64,000 bases of DNA from Nitrospirae bacterium JdFR-85. Lineage in GTDB: Bacteria > Nitrospirota > Thermodesulfovibrionia > Thermodesulfovibrionales > JdFR-85. The stretch spans positions 30,036-94,035 of the forward strand of contig MTOU01000007.1 of assembly GCA_002011745.1 (NCBI GenBank), in the 5' to 3' direction. The position numbers and the translations under genes are program-made. The notes below the pieces were generated by a model that saw only the letters and a program-made list of their open reading frames with translations, ran no database searches and was not told the origin of the DNA. Shown one piece after another: positions 29,020 through 38,795 of the stretch (the first letter of the stretch is position 1; each line of letters starts with the position of its first letter).

Positions 29020-29548
29020 AAGACAGCTCCTCATAGTCTGAAAGAACCACCTCTTTTGTTATCCTAGCAATGTCTCTTAAAAATTCTGTCTGTGCCTTCT
29101 GCTCCAGTTTCTCGCAGTACTCGGGTACCCATTTTATGATATGCAGTTCAAAAAACTCTATCAGCTCATCTATCATCTCATTCTCGATAAGATAGCTAAC
29201 AAACAAAAACTCCAGACCTATATGATCATAGGGGAGATTTACACTACTGCCAAGTACAAGTCCACAGGCCTCATAAAAATCAGATACCTCCTGTGTGGTG
29301 GAATTCCACAAGCTCGGACCTTCCTTGAGATTGTAGTTATACAAAGATTCATAGGGTAGAAGAGGGTCCTCTGTATCATAAAAGAGTCTGTGATAATCTT
29401 CAACTATGTCTATAAATCTGTCACTGATCTGAATCTCCAGTTCTTCAGAGACCTGTTGTAATAGTTCTGAATTAGGAGTCTCCATAAATACAGAGGCCAG
29501 CAGTTTATAGGTCTTTGCAAGATCGCTATGGTAACTGTCTATTACCAC
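29012..29548 (-). CDS. TorD/DmsD-family redox-enzyme maturation chaperone-like protein
   Basis: 178 aa, GTG start. YHRLFYD....LPYESLY and DHIGLEFLF are typical of the TorD family. Confidence 0.6.
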   Translation of the reverse strand: MVIDSYHSDLAKTYKLLASVFMETPNSELLQQVSEELEIQISDRFIDIVEDYHRLFYDTEDPLLPYESLYNYNLKEGPSLWNSTTQEVSDFYEACGLVLGSSVNLPYDHIGLEFLFVSYLIENEMIDELIEFFELHIIKWVPEYCEKLEQKAQTEFLRDIARITKEVVLSDYEELSYG

Positions 29549-29662
29549 TGCTTCCCTTTGTCCCCATCAATGGTATCTAATTTTAGTTTAACATAAATAT
29601 TAAACCATCAAAACAGCCCAATGCTATCAAAAATTAACTAAAATGGTTTGGAGGGCCCAGGA

Positions 29663-30583
29663 TTAGATTACCAACATCTCTTCAATAGTAACACATACTG
29701 ACTCGGCAAGAGCTTCCAGATTATATCCTCCCTCAAGGGTAAAGACCACAGGAACCCCTTCCTTAGCTGTGAGTATTCCTCTCACAATCCTCCTTATACC
29801 TTCAGAGGTTACAGAGATGTGTGCTAAAGGGTCCTCTGCTCTAAGATCATATCCTGCAGATACAAGAATTATATCTGGTCCAAAATCGGATACAAGCTCA
29901 TGGAGTATTTCATTATAGGCTTTTTCATATTCCTTGTCATCTGCACCTGGTGGCATTGGTATATTATAGGTGTATCCTTCACCCTTTCCACTTCCCCTTG
30001 AATCTCTGCTGCCTGTGCCTGGATAGTGGGGATACTGATGGGTGCTGAAATAGAAGACCTTATCATCTGTATAAAAGATATCCTCTGTGCCATTTCCATG
30101 ATGGACATCAAAATCTATAATAAAGACCTTTCTATACCCAAGCATCTGTGCATACCTTGCACCCACAGCAACATTGTTAAATATACAAAAACCCATAGCC
30201 CTGTTTGATGTAGCATGATGCCCAGGTGGTCGCACAGCAGCAAATACTCTTCTAAGACCCCCTTCTTTGCATCTCTTAATACCTTCTATAACAGCCCCTA
30301 CTGCATAAAGGGCAGCCTCAAGAGAGCCATCTGAAAAATAGGTATCAGGATCAAGATAGCCAACCGTAGCTCCTTTTATCCTTTCAACATAGGCGGGCTC
30401 ATGAGCCATCTGGATGTATTCATAACCTGCCCTGATCGGCTCAATATGGATCACCTTTTCCCATAAAGAAGCATTTTTCATTGCTTGCAGAATCGCCTTT
30501 AGCCTCTCGGGTCTCTCAGGATGCCATCCATCAGGAAGATGCTTTAAGAAGATATCACTATACACAAACCCAACCTTATTCAT
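29663..30583 (-). CDS. histone deacetylase-family (AcuC / acetylpolyamine amidohydrolase-like) protein
   Basis: 306 aa with RPPGHHA, DFDVHHGNGTEDIF and the EGGY motif. Confidence 0.9.
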   Translation of the reverse strand: MNKVGFVYSDIFLKHLPDGWHPERPERLKAILQAMKNASLWEKVIHIEPIRAGYEYIQMAHEPAYVERIKGATVGYLDPDTYFSDGSLEAALYAVGAVIEGIKRCKEGGLRRVFAAVRPPGHHATSNRAMGFCIFNNVAVGARYAQMLGYRKVFIIDFDVHHGNGTEDIFYTDDKVFYFSTHQYPHYPGTGSRDSRGSGKGEGYTYNIPMPPGADDKEYEKAYNEILHELVSDFGPDIILVSAGYDLRAEDPLAHISVTSEGIRRIVRGILTAKEGVPVVFTLEGGYNLEALAESVCVTIEEMLVI

Positions 30584-30984
30584 TCTTTTATCTCCAACTT
30601 TAATTCTCTTATCTTGGACTCCTTTATCTCGAAGGCCCTTATTATAGGTTCCTTATATAACAGACTGATTATTAGATAGGCAACATCATCATAAAAGGCA
30701 AGACTCACATCCCTGCTTGAAGGGTATGCCTCTGCCACAGGATGGGAGTGGTATATTCCCACCATTTTAAGCCCTTTGTTTCTCATCTCCTTCATTACCC
30801 TGAACTGCTCCTTGGGGTCCATAAAATAACTTGTGGGAGAATGCTCTGTATTGGTCATTCTGTATACATGAAGTACCTCATTATCTCTGCCTGCAAGAAT
30901 CCCACAGACCTCCTCAGGATACCCTTCTTTAGCATGGGTAATGATATCATCTATGTCTTTATGACTGATAATGATTGAATCCAT
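30580..30984 (-). CDS. JAMM/MPN+ (Mov34) metalloprotease-family protein
   Basis: 134 aa with an intact E...HSHPVAEAYPSSRD (H-x-H-x7-S-x2-D) motif. 4-nt overlap with the downstream HDAC-family gene. Confidence 0.85.
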   Translation of the reverse strand: MDSIIISHKDIDDIITHAKEGYPEEVCGILAGRDNEVLHVYRMTNTEHSPTSYFMDPKEQFRVMKEMRNKGLKMVGIYHSHPVAEAYPSSRDVSLAFYDDVAYLIISLLYKEPIIRAFEIKESKIRELKLEIKE

Positions 30985-30991
30985 TCCGCCT

Positions 30992-32032
30992 TTAAGGCAG
31001 AGGTGCTACCTGTTTCAGCCCTGCTGTCTCCTCAAAATTCATCATAACATTCATATTCTGTATAGCCTGCCCTGAGGCACCCTTAACAAGGTTGTCTATT
31101 GCGGTGATTATAATAACAGCACCTGTTCTGGTATTAACCTTCAGACCTATATCACAGTAGTTAGTTCCTCTCACATTCTTTATATCTGGCATAATACCCT
31201 CCTCACAGACCCTTACAAAGGGCTCTTCTTTATAAAAATCCCTGTAGAGCGCGAGTAATTCTTCAGTATTTAGAGACTTCTTCATCTTACAATAAATAGT
31301 GGTGAGAATGCCTCTATTTACTGGTAGAAGATGTGGAATAAACTCCACCTTCACCTCTGAGCCTGCAAGCATGGAGAGGACCTCTTCGATCTCAGGAGTA
31401 TGCCTATGGGTAGTGACTGCATAGGCCCTGAAAGCCTCATTCACCTCACAGAAACTCAAGCCTATATCAGCCTTTCTCCCTGCTCCAGAAACACCCGATT
31501 TTGCATCAATCACAATCCCTTCCAAATCAACAATTGATTCCTTGACAGCAGGGTACAGCCCCAGCAAGGCTGCTGTGGGATAACATCCGGGATTCGCCAC
31601 GAGTCTTGTACCCCTGATACTGTCTCTGTAAATCTCTGGGATTCCATAAACAGCATGCTTCAGCAGCTCAGCAGATGTATGCTCAATCTTATACCAGGCT
31701 TTGTAGACATCGGGGTCTTTCAATCTAAAATCAGCAGACAGATCAACCACATATTTACCCTTCTCATAAAAGAAGGCAACCCTCTGCTGTGATGCTCCAT
31801 GAGGAAGGGCAAGAAAAAAAAGTTCTGCCTCTTTAAGGATAGAGGAATCTTCAATTGATCTGAAATCTATTTCCAGTATACCTTTCAGATGTGGAAAATG
31901 CTCTACAAGGGACTTTCCTGCTAAACGTTCAGAGGTTACAACTGTAATTCTTACAAATGGATGAGCACTGAGCAGTCTTAACAGCTCTGCCCCTGTGTAG
32001 CCACTTGCTCCACATATCCCTACTGTGAGCAT
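30992..32032 (-). CDS. argC: N-acetyl-gamma-glutamyl-phosphate reductase
   Basis: 346 aa with GASGYTG, the PGCYPTA active-site cysteine and DNLVKGASGQA. Confidence 0.93.
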   Translation of the reverse strand: MLTVGICGASGYTGAELLRLLSAHPFVRITVVTSERLAGKSLVEHFPHLKGILEIDFRSIEDSSILKEAELFFLALPHGASQQRVAFFYEKGKYVVDLSADFRLKDPDVYKAWYKIEHTSAELLKHAVYGIPEIYRDSIRGTRLVANPGCYPTAALLGLYPAVKESIVDLEGIVIDAKSGVSGAGRKADIGLSFCEVNEAFRAYAVTTHRHTPEIEEVLSMLAGSEVKVEFIPHLLPVNRGILTTIYCKMKKSLNTEELLALYRDFYKEEPFVRVCEEGIMPDIKNVRGTNYCDIGLKVNTRTGAVIIITAIDNLVKGASGQAIQNMNVMMNFEETAGLKQVAPLP

Positions 32033-32424
32033 TAGCGTTTTGAGTACTGGAATCTCTTCCTTGCCCCAGCGAGACCGTATTTCTTTCTTTCCTTCATCCT
32101 GGGGTCTCTGGTGAGCAGACCTTCTTTCCTAAGTTTGGGTTTCAGATCAGAGTCAACAAGCAGCAGTGCCCTTGATATTCCATGTCTTATTGCACCTGCC
32201 TGCCCTGACAGGCCTCCCCCCTTGACATTGACCTGAACATCAAACTTGTTATGCATACCTACAAGCTCTAAAGGCTGCCGTATTATCATTCTAAGGGTCT
32301 CACGAGGGAAGTATTCCTCAACTGGCTTCTTATTCACAATTATATTACCACTGCCAGGCTTTAAAATCACTCTGGCCACTGAGGTTTTTCTCCTGCCAGT
32401 CGCACGATACATTATCTCTCCCAT
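32032..32424 (-). CDS. rpsI: 30S ribosomal protein S9
   Basis: 130 aa with GGG.SGQA.A..HGI.RAL and a C-terminal ...RKRFQYSKR. Confidence 0.95.
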   Translation of the reverse strand: MGEIMYRATGRRKTSVARVILKPGSGNIIVNKKPVEEYFPRETLRMIIRQPLELVGMHNKFDVQVNVKGGGLSGQAGAIRHGISRALLLVDSDLKPKLRKEGLLTRDPRMKERKKYGLAGARKRFQYSKR

Positions 32425-32447
32425 GCTCTCACTCCTTTAAAAAGTTT

Positions 32448-32876
32448 TTATAATTCAAGGGGTTCAGGATTCTGGGCTGAATGTGGATGTTCAGGCCCAC
32501 GATAGACCTTCAGTTTCTTCAGCAGTTTCCTGCCAAGCCTGTTCTTGGGAAGCATTCCCCAAACCGCATCCATAATCACCTGCTCAGGCTTTCTCTGAAG
32601 TCTACTACGGGCTGTCTCAGCCTTCAGTCCTCCTGGATAACCTGTGTGATGGTAGTAGATCTTTTTGTCCAGTTTCTTACCTGTCAGTTTAACCTTTTCT
32701 GCATTTATCACCACAATAAAATCACCTGTATCTACATTCGGTGTAAACTGGGGTTTATGTTTACCTCTGAGATATGTGGCTATTCTACTTGCGAGTCTGC
32801 CAAGTATCTTATCGGTTGCATCAACAACATACCATTTCCTTTCCACATCTCCTTTTTTAGCAAACCTTGTCTTCAC
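32448..32876 (-). CDS. rplM: 50S ribosomal protein L13
   Basis: 142 aa with W.V.DA....LGRLAS.IA..LRGKHKP.FTP.VD.GD. Confidence 0.95.
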   Translation of the reverse strand: MKTRFAKKGDVERKWYVVDATDKILGRLASRIATYLRGKHKPQFTPNVDTGDFIVVINAEKVKLTGKKLDKKIYYHHTGYPGGLKAETARSRLQRKPEQVIMDAVWGMLPKNRLGRKLLKKLKVYRGPEHPHSAQNPEPLEL

Positions 32877-32931
32877 CTTCAGACCTCCTCTCCTTATAAA
32901 GGCTTTAATTCATTATACAACATAGATTTTT

Positions 32932-32961
32932 ACTATAAAAAATCATTCTAAAAATTGTCAA
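32932..32961 (-). promoter_or_regulatory. candidate promoter of the rplM-rpsI-argC string
   Basis: Minus-sense TTGACA (32961-32956), an 18-nt spacer, then TATAGT (32937-32932). Confidence 0.4.
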
Positions 32962-33059
32962 ATTTTCTTCAGACCTAAAAGCCTGAAGACCGGCTTTACT
33001 TTCAATTCTTTTAAGGGAAAACCAAATAAAATCTAATTTAATGTATAATTACAAATACC

Positions 33060-34367
33060 ATGCGAAAGCCTATGGTTGCTATAATAGGAAAACCGAATGT
33101 AGGAAAGTCCACTCTCTTTAACAGGATTCTAAGAACCAGAAAATCCATTGTAGAAGATGTACCTGGGGTTACAAGAGACAGAGTATATGGAGAGGCAAAC
33201 TGGGAAGACAGGAGCTTTGTGGTAATAGACACTGGTGGACTATATCCAGATGCAGAAGAAGAAATCTTCTCACAGATAAAGGAACAGACAATGTTTGCTA
33301 TCCAGGAGGCTGACCTTATCCTGATGATGTTTGATGCAAAGGAAGGATTAACTGAAACAGACAGAGAGATAATGAAACTCTTAAGAGATGTAAAGAAACC
33401 CATTCTATATGTGGTTAACAAGATAGACTCAAAAAAGGCTGAACAGTCACTCTACGATTTTTATGAACTCGGAGTAGATGAATTGATCCCCTTGTCTGCC
33501 ACAACAGGCCGGGGGTTCGGTGAACTGATGGACAGGGTAGTCAATTTACTACCAGATAAGAAAGAGGAAGAGGTCTCTGGAGATATACCAAGGATAGCAA
33601 TAATAGGAAAACCGAATGTGGGAAAGTCCACAATTTTGAATGCCCTTCTTGGAAAGGAAAGAATGATTGTAAGTCCTATACCAGGAACAACAAGAGACGC
33701 TGTGGACAGTGTATGCCGTTATTATGGAAAAGAGTACATATTGATAGATACTGCAGGATTGAGAAAAAAGGCAAAGGTTTCTTATTCCATTGAAAGATAC
33801 ATGGTTCTGAGAGCTATAAGGAGCATTGAACGTTCAGACCTGGTACTACTCATGATAGACGCAATAGAAGGTATTACAGAACAAGACCAGAAGCTCGCCT
33901 CTTTAACCCAAAGGTATGGAAAGGGTCTTATAATACTCTTTAATAAATGGGATCTTGTAGAGGATCCTGAAAAACGGTATAAAGAGCTAATGGCACAATT
34001 TGAGAGGGAGCTCCATTTTGTCAACTATGCACCAGTCCTAACAGTCTCCGGAGTCACAAAGAAGAGACTTACAAAGATATTCCCAATAATTGATGAGGTG
34101 ATAAGAGAAAGGAGGAAAAGAATACCTACGTCTGAACTCAACAGATTCGCTGCAGAGATAACCCCCATGCTTCCCACCCATAAGGGCAAAAAGACCAAAA
34201 TATACTATATTACCCAGCCAGAGATCGAACCACCTGGATTTGTCATCTTTGTAAATTATCCTTCAGCACTAAAGGCCTCTCATATAAGGTTTATCGAGAA
34301 GAGACTAAGAGAAAAATACATCTTTAAAGGCACACCAATAGAAATAAAAGTAAGAAAAAAGTCCTGA
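33060..34367 (+). CDS. der: ribosome-associated GTPase Der/EngA
   Basis: 435 aa with two tandem G domains (GKPNVGKST twice, DTGG/DTAG, NKxD twice) and a KH-like C-terminus. Confidence 0.95.
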   Translation: MRKPMVAIIGKPNVGKSTLFNRILRTRKSIVEDVPGVTRDRVYGEANWEDRSFVVIDTGGLYPDAEEEIFSQIKEQTMFAIQEADLILMMFDAKEGLTETDREIMKLLRDVKKPILYVVNKIDSKKAEQSLYDFYELGVDELIPLSATTGRGFGELMDRVVNLLPDKKEEEVSGDIPRIAIIGKPNVGKSTILNALLGKERMIVSPIPGTTRDAVDSVCRYYGKEYILIDTAGLRKKAKVSYSIERYMVLRAIRSIERSDLVLLMIDAIEGITEQDQKLASLTQRYGKGLIILFNKWDLVEDPEKRYKELMAQFERELHFVNYAPVLTVSGVTKKRLTKIFPIIDEVIRERRKRIPTSELNRFAAEITPMLPTHKGKKTKIYYITQPEIEPPGFVIFVNYPSALKASHIRFIEKRLREKYIFKGTPIEIKVRKKS

Positions 34368-34421
34368 GAGTTGTTAATATCCCGAAGGTTATAATAAAAT
34401 AAAATATAAATTAAATCTGAA

Positions 34422-34703
34422 ATGGAAGGGGAACCAGTTATGGATGAACTGGAAAGGCTTATAGAGGAAGAAGAAAAAAAGATGAAACATCTTAAGTTTA
34501 TTGTTGACCTTACCCAGGCTATCCTCATGCAGGCCAACCTAAGTATAGAAGAGGCGATTGAGATAGTAAATCAGACAAAAAGGGCGATACTCAATCTTTT
34601 CCCAGACAAGGAAAGCACTTATGAACTTATTTATGCACCAAGATTCAGAAGAATCATTGCCGAAAGATTTACTATCCCTGGAACACTATCAGGAAGAAAT
34701 TAG
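34422..34703 (+). CDS. hypothetical protein
   Basis: 93-aa ORF with a charged helical N-terminus. I recognise no family. It overlaps the annotated birA start by 83 nt. Confidence 0.45.
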   Translation: MEGEPVMDELERLIEEEEKKMKHLKFIVDLTQAILMQANLSIEEAIEIVNQTKRAILNLFPDKESTYELIYAPRFRRIIAERFTIPGTLSGRN

Positions 34704-35433
34704 TAACTTCCATATATATGTCTACAATACTGTCGGCTCTACAAATGAGATAGCTAAAGATCTGGCACTGAAAGGAGTTCCTCAAAACAGTATAGTTATT
34801 GCAGATTCCCAAACCTCTGGTAAAGGTAGATTCAGAAGGATATGGATATCACCTCCAGGAGTAAATATATACATGAGTCTGCTCATAAAAGCATCTTCTG
34901 ATACAAAGGTTTCTCTTGTCCCCCTGGCCACATCTGTTGCAGTTATAGATACAATACTGGAAGTAGCTCCAGAGGTGAAGAAAAAAGCTGGGTTAAAATG
35001 GCCCAATGATATTTATATTAATGGGAAAAAGCTCTCTGGGATACTTGTAGAGACTATCAAGAGAAATATCATAGTAGGGATCGGTATAAATGTAAATACC
35101 ACTGCTCAGCACTTTCCTGAAGACCTTAGAGACAAGGCAACCAGTTTATACATGGAGACAGGCAGAAGTTTCAGCAGGGCAGAAATTATTGCAAAGATTT
35201 TATATAATCTCAAGGAGATATATAAAATCTTGTCTGAGAATCCCTATCATATAATTCAACTATGGTCTGAAAGAAGCAAAACCTTAAACTCCATGATAAA
35301 GGCGTATCTGCCAGACAGAACCTTAGAAGGCAGGGCTATAGGGCTGGATGAGAATGGATTTCTGAAGGTGATTACCAGCGAGGGTAAAATTGTCACCCTA
35401 AGCAGCGCAGACATACTACATCTGAGACAGTAA
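34621..35433 (+). CDS. birA: biotin--[acetyl-CoA-carboxylase] ligase (class I, no HTH)
   Basis: GKGRFRRIW (GRGRxGRxW-type) motif and KWPND. The start is uncertain because no other in-frame ATG lies downstream of 34621. Confidence 0.85.
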   Translation: MNLFMHQDSEESLPKDLLSLEHYQEEISNFHIYVYNTVGSTNEIAKDLALKGVPQNSIVIADSQTSGKGRFRRIWISPPGVNIYMSLLIKASSDTKVSLVPLATSVAVIDTILEVAPEVKKKAGLKWPNDIYINGKKLSGILVETIKRNIIVGIGINVNTTAQHFPEDLRDKATSLYMETGRSFSRAEIIAKILYNLKEIYKILSENPYHIIQLWSERSKTLNSMIKAYLPDRTLEGRAIGLDENGFLKVITSEGKIVTLSSADILHLRQ

Positions 35434-35435
35434 TA

Positions 35436-36182
35436 ATGAATAAAACTCTTCTGGGCATAGACATAGGAAATACCCATATAAAGTTGGGAATATTTTCTGA
35501 GGATTCTCTGCTGGATGTATATACAATCCCCTTAGATGAAGGATATAGTGAAAAAATCAAGGAGTTCTTTGAAGATACAATCTTCTCCAAAGCTGTAATC
35601 GCCTCTGTGGTGCCTTCAGTCACAGAGAAAGTAAGCAAAATGCTCACCTACAAGGGGGTCTCTTCCCCCTTGATTGTAAATCATAGACACACAGCTGGCC
35701 TTAGGCTCTCCATACAGAATCCTAAAACAATTGGTGCAGATCGGATAGCAAATGCAGTAGGAGGATTCAGTATATTCCAGACCAATACAATAGTGGTTGA
35801 TTCTGGAACAGCCTTAACCACAACCATTGTGACAGAAGAAGGAGAAATAATTGGTGGAACAATTATGCCAGGAATAAAGATGATGTTTCATGCACTCCAC
35901 AGCTATACAGCCTCCTTGCCCCTGCTGGAACCTGAGAAGACAGATACCCCTTTTGGTAACGACACTAAAAGTAGTATAATTTCTGGAGTTATTTACGGAA
36001 CTGTAGGTGCTATTGAAAGGATAGTTGAAGACACAGAACAAAGAATTGGTAAAATAAAGGTAATTCTGACAGGAGGGGGGGCCGAGGCTATAAAAGGACT
36101 TTTGAGGATTCCGTTTATACATGAGCCCTATTTAACTCTAAAAGGGCTTAGAATAATATATGAAAGGCACAGAAATGAATGA
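35436..36182 (+). CDS. coaX: type III pantothenate kinase
   Basis: 248 aa with IDIGNT, GADR and VVDSGTA motifs. Confidence 0.9.
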   Translation: MNKTLLGIDIGNTHIKLGIFSEDSLLDVYTIPLDEGYSEKIKEFFEDTIFSKAVIASVVPSVTEKVSKMLTYKGVSSPLIVNHRHTAGLRLSIQNPKTIGADRIANAVGGFSIFQTNTIVVDSGTALTTTIVTEEGEIIGGTIMPGIKMMFHALHSYTASLPLLEPEKTDTPFGNDTKSSIISGVIYGTVGAIERIVEDTEQRIGKIKVILTGGGAEAIKGLLRIPFIHEPYLTLKGLRIIYERHRNE

Positions 36183-37182
36183 ATTAAGAAGAGAGCCACT
36201 TCTTGGAAGATGGGTTGTAGTACTTAAAGAGTCTCTTGCTCCAGACAGCTACATGCCCCTTGTAGAACCCCAACCTCACATAGAAAACTGTATCTTTTGT
36301 AAAGATGACAATAGCATAAAAGAAAAGTATGTGGTGAAGGACGAATCAGGCAGGTGGATGGTGAAGGTAGTTGAGGCTGAAGAGTCTGTTTTCACACTAA
36401 GTGGAGACCTTGGAAGAAGAGGAGTTGGTATGTATGACATGATGAACTCTATCGGTGTTTTAGAAACAGTAATAGAGTCTCCCGAGCATAACATCCCTCC
36501 AGAGGATATTTCAGAAGAGCATATGGCTTCTGTAATAAACACCTTTCATATAAGAACCTTGGAGTTAGAAAAAGACCCCCGAATAAGATATGTAATGATC
36601 CATAAAAACTCTGGTGCACCCTCGGGAGATACCTTTGGTCATCCCCATTCAATGATTACTGCCACTCCAGTAATCCCAAAGAGGATAAAAGAGGAACTCG
36701 ATGGGGCAAAGAACTACTACGATTATAAAGAAAGATGTATCTTCTGCGATATCATACGAGAAGAAGAAAGGACAGCAGAGAGAGTAATTCTAACCACTGA
36801 ACACTTCATCGTTTTCGCCCCCTTTGCAACACGATTTCCCTTTGAGTTCTGGGTAATGCCCAGAAGACACAACTGCTCATTCAAAGATTCTTCAGAGGAA
36901 GAACGCGCTGACCTTGCAAGAGTGATGAAAAGAATGTTGAGAAGTCTCAGGAGACTCCTTAAAGACCCACCTTATAATTATGTATTTCATACTGCACCAA
37001 GCAGAATTCCGAGGATGGCACAGTGGCATACCCTTGGAGAGGACTTCCACTGGCATATAGAGGTAATGCCTCGGATAAGGAGACTCTCTGGATTTGAACT
37101 TGGCTCAGGTATGTATACATTAACAACATCCCCTGAGGATGCTGCAAAATACTTAAAAAAGGAGGTAGAAGATGGAGATTAA
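36160..37182 (+). CDS. galactose-1-phosphate uridylyltransferase-family (HIT branch III) protein
   Basis: 340 aa with a duplicated half-barrel, each half with a C.FC motif, and a GHPHS histidine-triad-like site. An alternative start is the ATG at 36175 (MNELRREPL). Confidence 0.75.
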   Translation: MKGTEMNELRREPLLGRWVVVLKESLAPDSYMPLVEPQPHIENCIFCKDDNSIKEKYVVKDESGRWMVKVVEAEESVFTLSGDLGRRGVGMYDMMNSIGVLETVIESPEHNIPPEDISEEHMASVINTFHIRTLELEKDPRIRYVMIHKNSGAPSGDTFGHPHSMITATPVIPKRIKEELDGAKNYYDYKERCIFCDIIREEERTAERVILTTEHFIVFAPFATRFPFEFWVMPRRHNCSFKDSSEEERADLARVMKRMLRSLRRLLKDPPYNYVFHTAPSRIPRMAQWHTLGEDFHWHIEVMPRIRRLSGFELGSGMYTLTTSPEDAAKYLKKEVEDGD

Positions 37183-37624
37183 AAGGATTCTCTTCCCCAC
37201 GGATTTTATGGAAGGCTCAAAAGAGGCCATCCCTTATGCTGTTGATCTCGCAAAAAAATATGGTGCAAGGCTTTATCTTATCCATGTTATCCATGATGTT
37301 ACACGGGCAACAGGCCTTTATGTGCCCCATGTAGCAGTAGATGAATTATTTAAAGGTATGTATCAAGAGGCAGAAAAACAGATAAGAAAGGAGTATCTTG
37401 AAGAACTGAGGGGTTTTGAAGATATTCAGTACGATATCCTCCGAGGAATCCCCTATGAAGAGATTACAAAATACGCAGAAGAGAATGATATTGATCTGAT
37501 AGTAATAGCCACCCATGGGAGAAAAGGCCTTGATAGACTCTTCTTCGGAAGCACTGCAGAGAAGGTGGTTAAACATGCTAGATGTCCTGTACTTACAGTA
37601 AGGGCCTCTGAAGGGGCATCTTAA
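37172..37624 (+). CDS. universal stress protein (UspA family)
   Basis: 150 aa, with ...DLIVIATHGRKGL.R..FGSTAEKVV..A.CPVLTV. Confidence 0.9.
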   Translation: MEIKRILFPTDFMEGSKEAIPYAVDLAKKYGARLYLIHVIHDVTRATGLYVPHVAVDELFKGMYQEAEKQIRKEYLEELRGFEDIQYDILRGIPYEEITKYAEENDIDLIVIATHGRKGLDRLFFGSTAEKVVKHARCPVLTVRASEGAS

Positions 37625-37700
37625 AATAGAAAACAATTATGATAAAAATAAAAAATATATAAAGGAGGCAAAACCTATAGTAAAGTAGTCCTTAGATACA

Positions 37701-38795
37701 ATGTACTCGACTGTTGTCGTAGTAGGAGGTGGACCAGCAGGAGCCACAGCAGCAAGGATCCTTGCAGACAGGGGTATTGATGTGGTGCTTGTGGAAAAGT
37801 CCCCTTCTTATTTAAAACCCTGCGGTGGAGGAATTCCGTCCACTGCCTTCTCTGAACTGGACATCCCTCTGAGCAGTATCTCTCATAGATATGTACAGAA
37901 ACTTAGAATACTGTCTCCTTCATCAAGGGAGATGTTTATCGAACTTCAAGGTGGAAGTATTGTCATTGTGGACAGGAGAGAATTTGATATGATGTTAAGA
38001 GAACTTGCCAAAAACAGTGGAACAGAAATGATAGAGGGAAGACTCACTGGAGTTAAGCAGGAAAGAAAAAGGATCATTTCAGAGATAGTTGTAAATGGAG
38101 AGATAAAAAGAGTGAGTTCTAAGTATTTAATAGCTGCAGATGGAGTGAATTCTACTGTAAGACGGTTAATGAATCTTCCTCCAGTGGATTATGTCTATAC
38201 CTATTCGGGAAGAGTAGACTCAGTGATCACAGATTCATGTGAATTCTGGTTTGGTTCAGAACATGCACCCTCTTTTTACTCCTGGGTTTTCCCAAAACCC
38301 AATGGCACCTCAGTAGGAACGGGCACTCTCAACCATACAAAGGCAAAGGAACTCTTCAGCAGATTCACCAGAAGGAGAGCGGGTATCCAGAATCCCAAAG
38401 AACTCAAAGGATACAAGATTCCTATATGGAGGGGAGATATATACAACATTGGAAGAGTACTTTTTGTGGGAGATGCTGCAGGCCATGTAATGCCCTTCAC
38501 ATACGAGGGTATCTACTATGCCATGAAATCTGCTACACTGGCAGCAGAGGCGTTGATAAAGGACAAACCCGGACTTTACAGAAAACTCTGGAAAAGAAGG
38601 TTTTATACTAGGTTCAGATTTATGAATACACTAAAGGGCCATTTTTTGGATTCAGATGAGGGGATTGAAAAACTCTTCGATATCTTCAAGAATCCCAAAG
38701 TCCAAGAGGCCTCCATGAGATTATGGCTAAGGAAGGATACCTCAAGGGGAGGCCTCTTGAGTTATATAAGTCTGTTCAGGAAATTCCTAAGTTGA
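37701..38795 (+). CDS. geranylgeranyl reductase-family FAD-dependent oxidoreductase
   Basis: 364 aa with the VVVVGGGPAGATAA dinucleotide fold, ADG.NS and GDAAGHV.P..YEGIYYAM. Confidence 0.85.
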   Translation: MYSTVVVVGGGPAGATAARILADRGIDVVLVEKSPSYLKPCGGGIPSTAFSELDIPLSSISHRYVQKLRILSPSSREMFIELQGGSIVIVDRREFDMMLRELAKNSGTEMIEGRLTGVKQERKRIISEIVVNGEIKRVSSKYLIAADGVNSTVRRLMNLPPVDYVYTYSGRVDSVITDSCEFWFGSEHAPSFYSWVFPKPNGTSVGTGTLNHTKAKELFSRFTRRRAGIQNPKELKGYKIPIWRGDIYNIGRVLFVGDAAGHVMPFTYEGIYYAMKSATLAAEALIKDKPGLYRKLWKRRFYTRFRFMNTLKGHFLDSDEGIEKLFDIFKNPKVQEASMRLWLRKDTSRGGLLSYISLFRKFLS

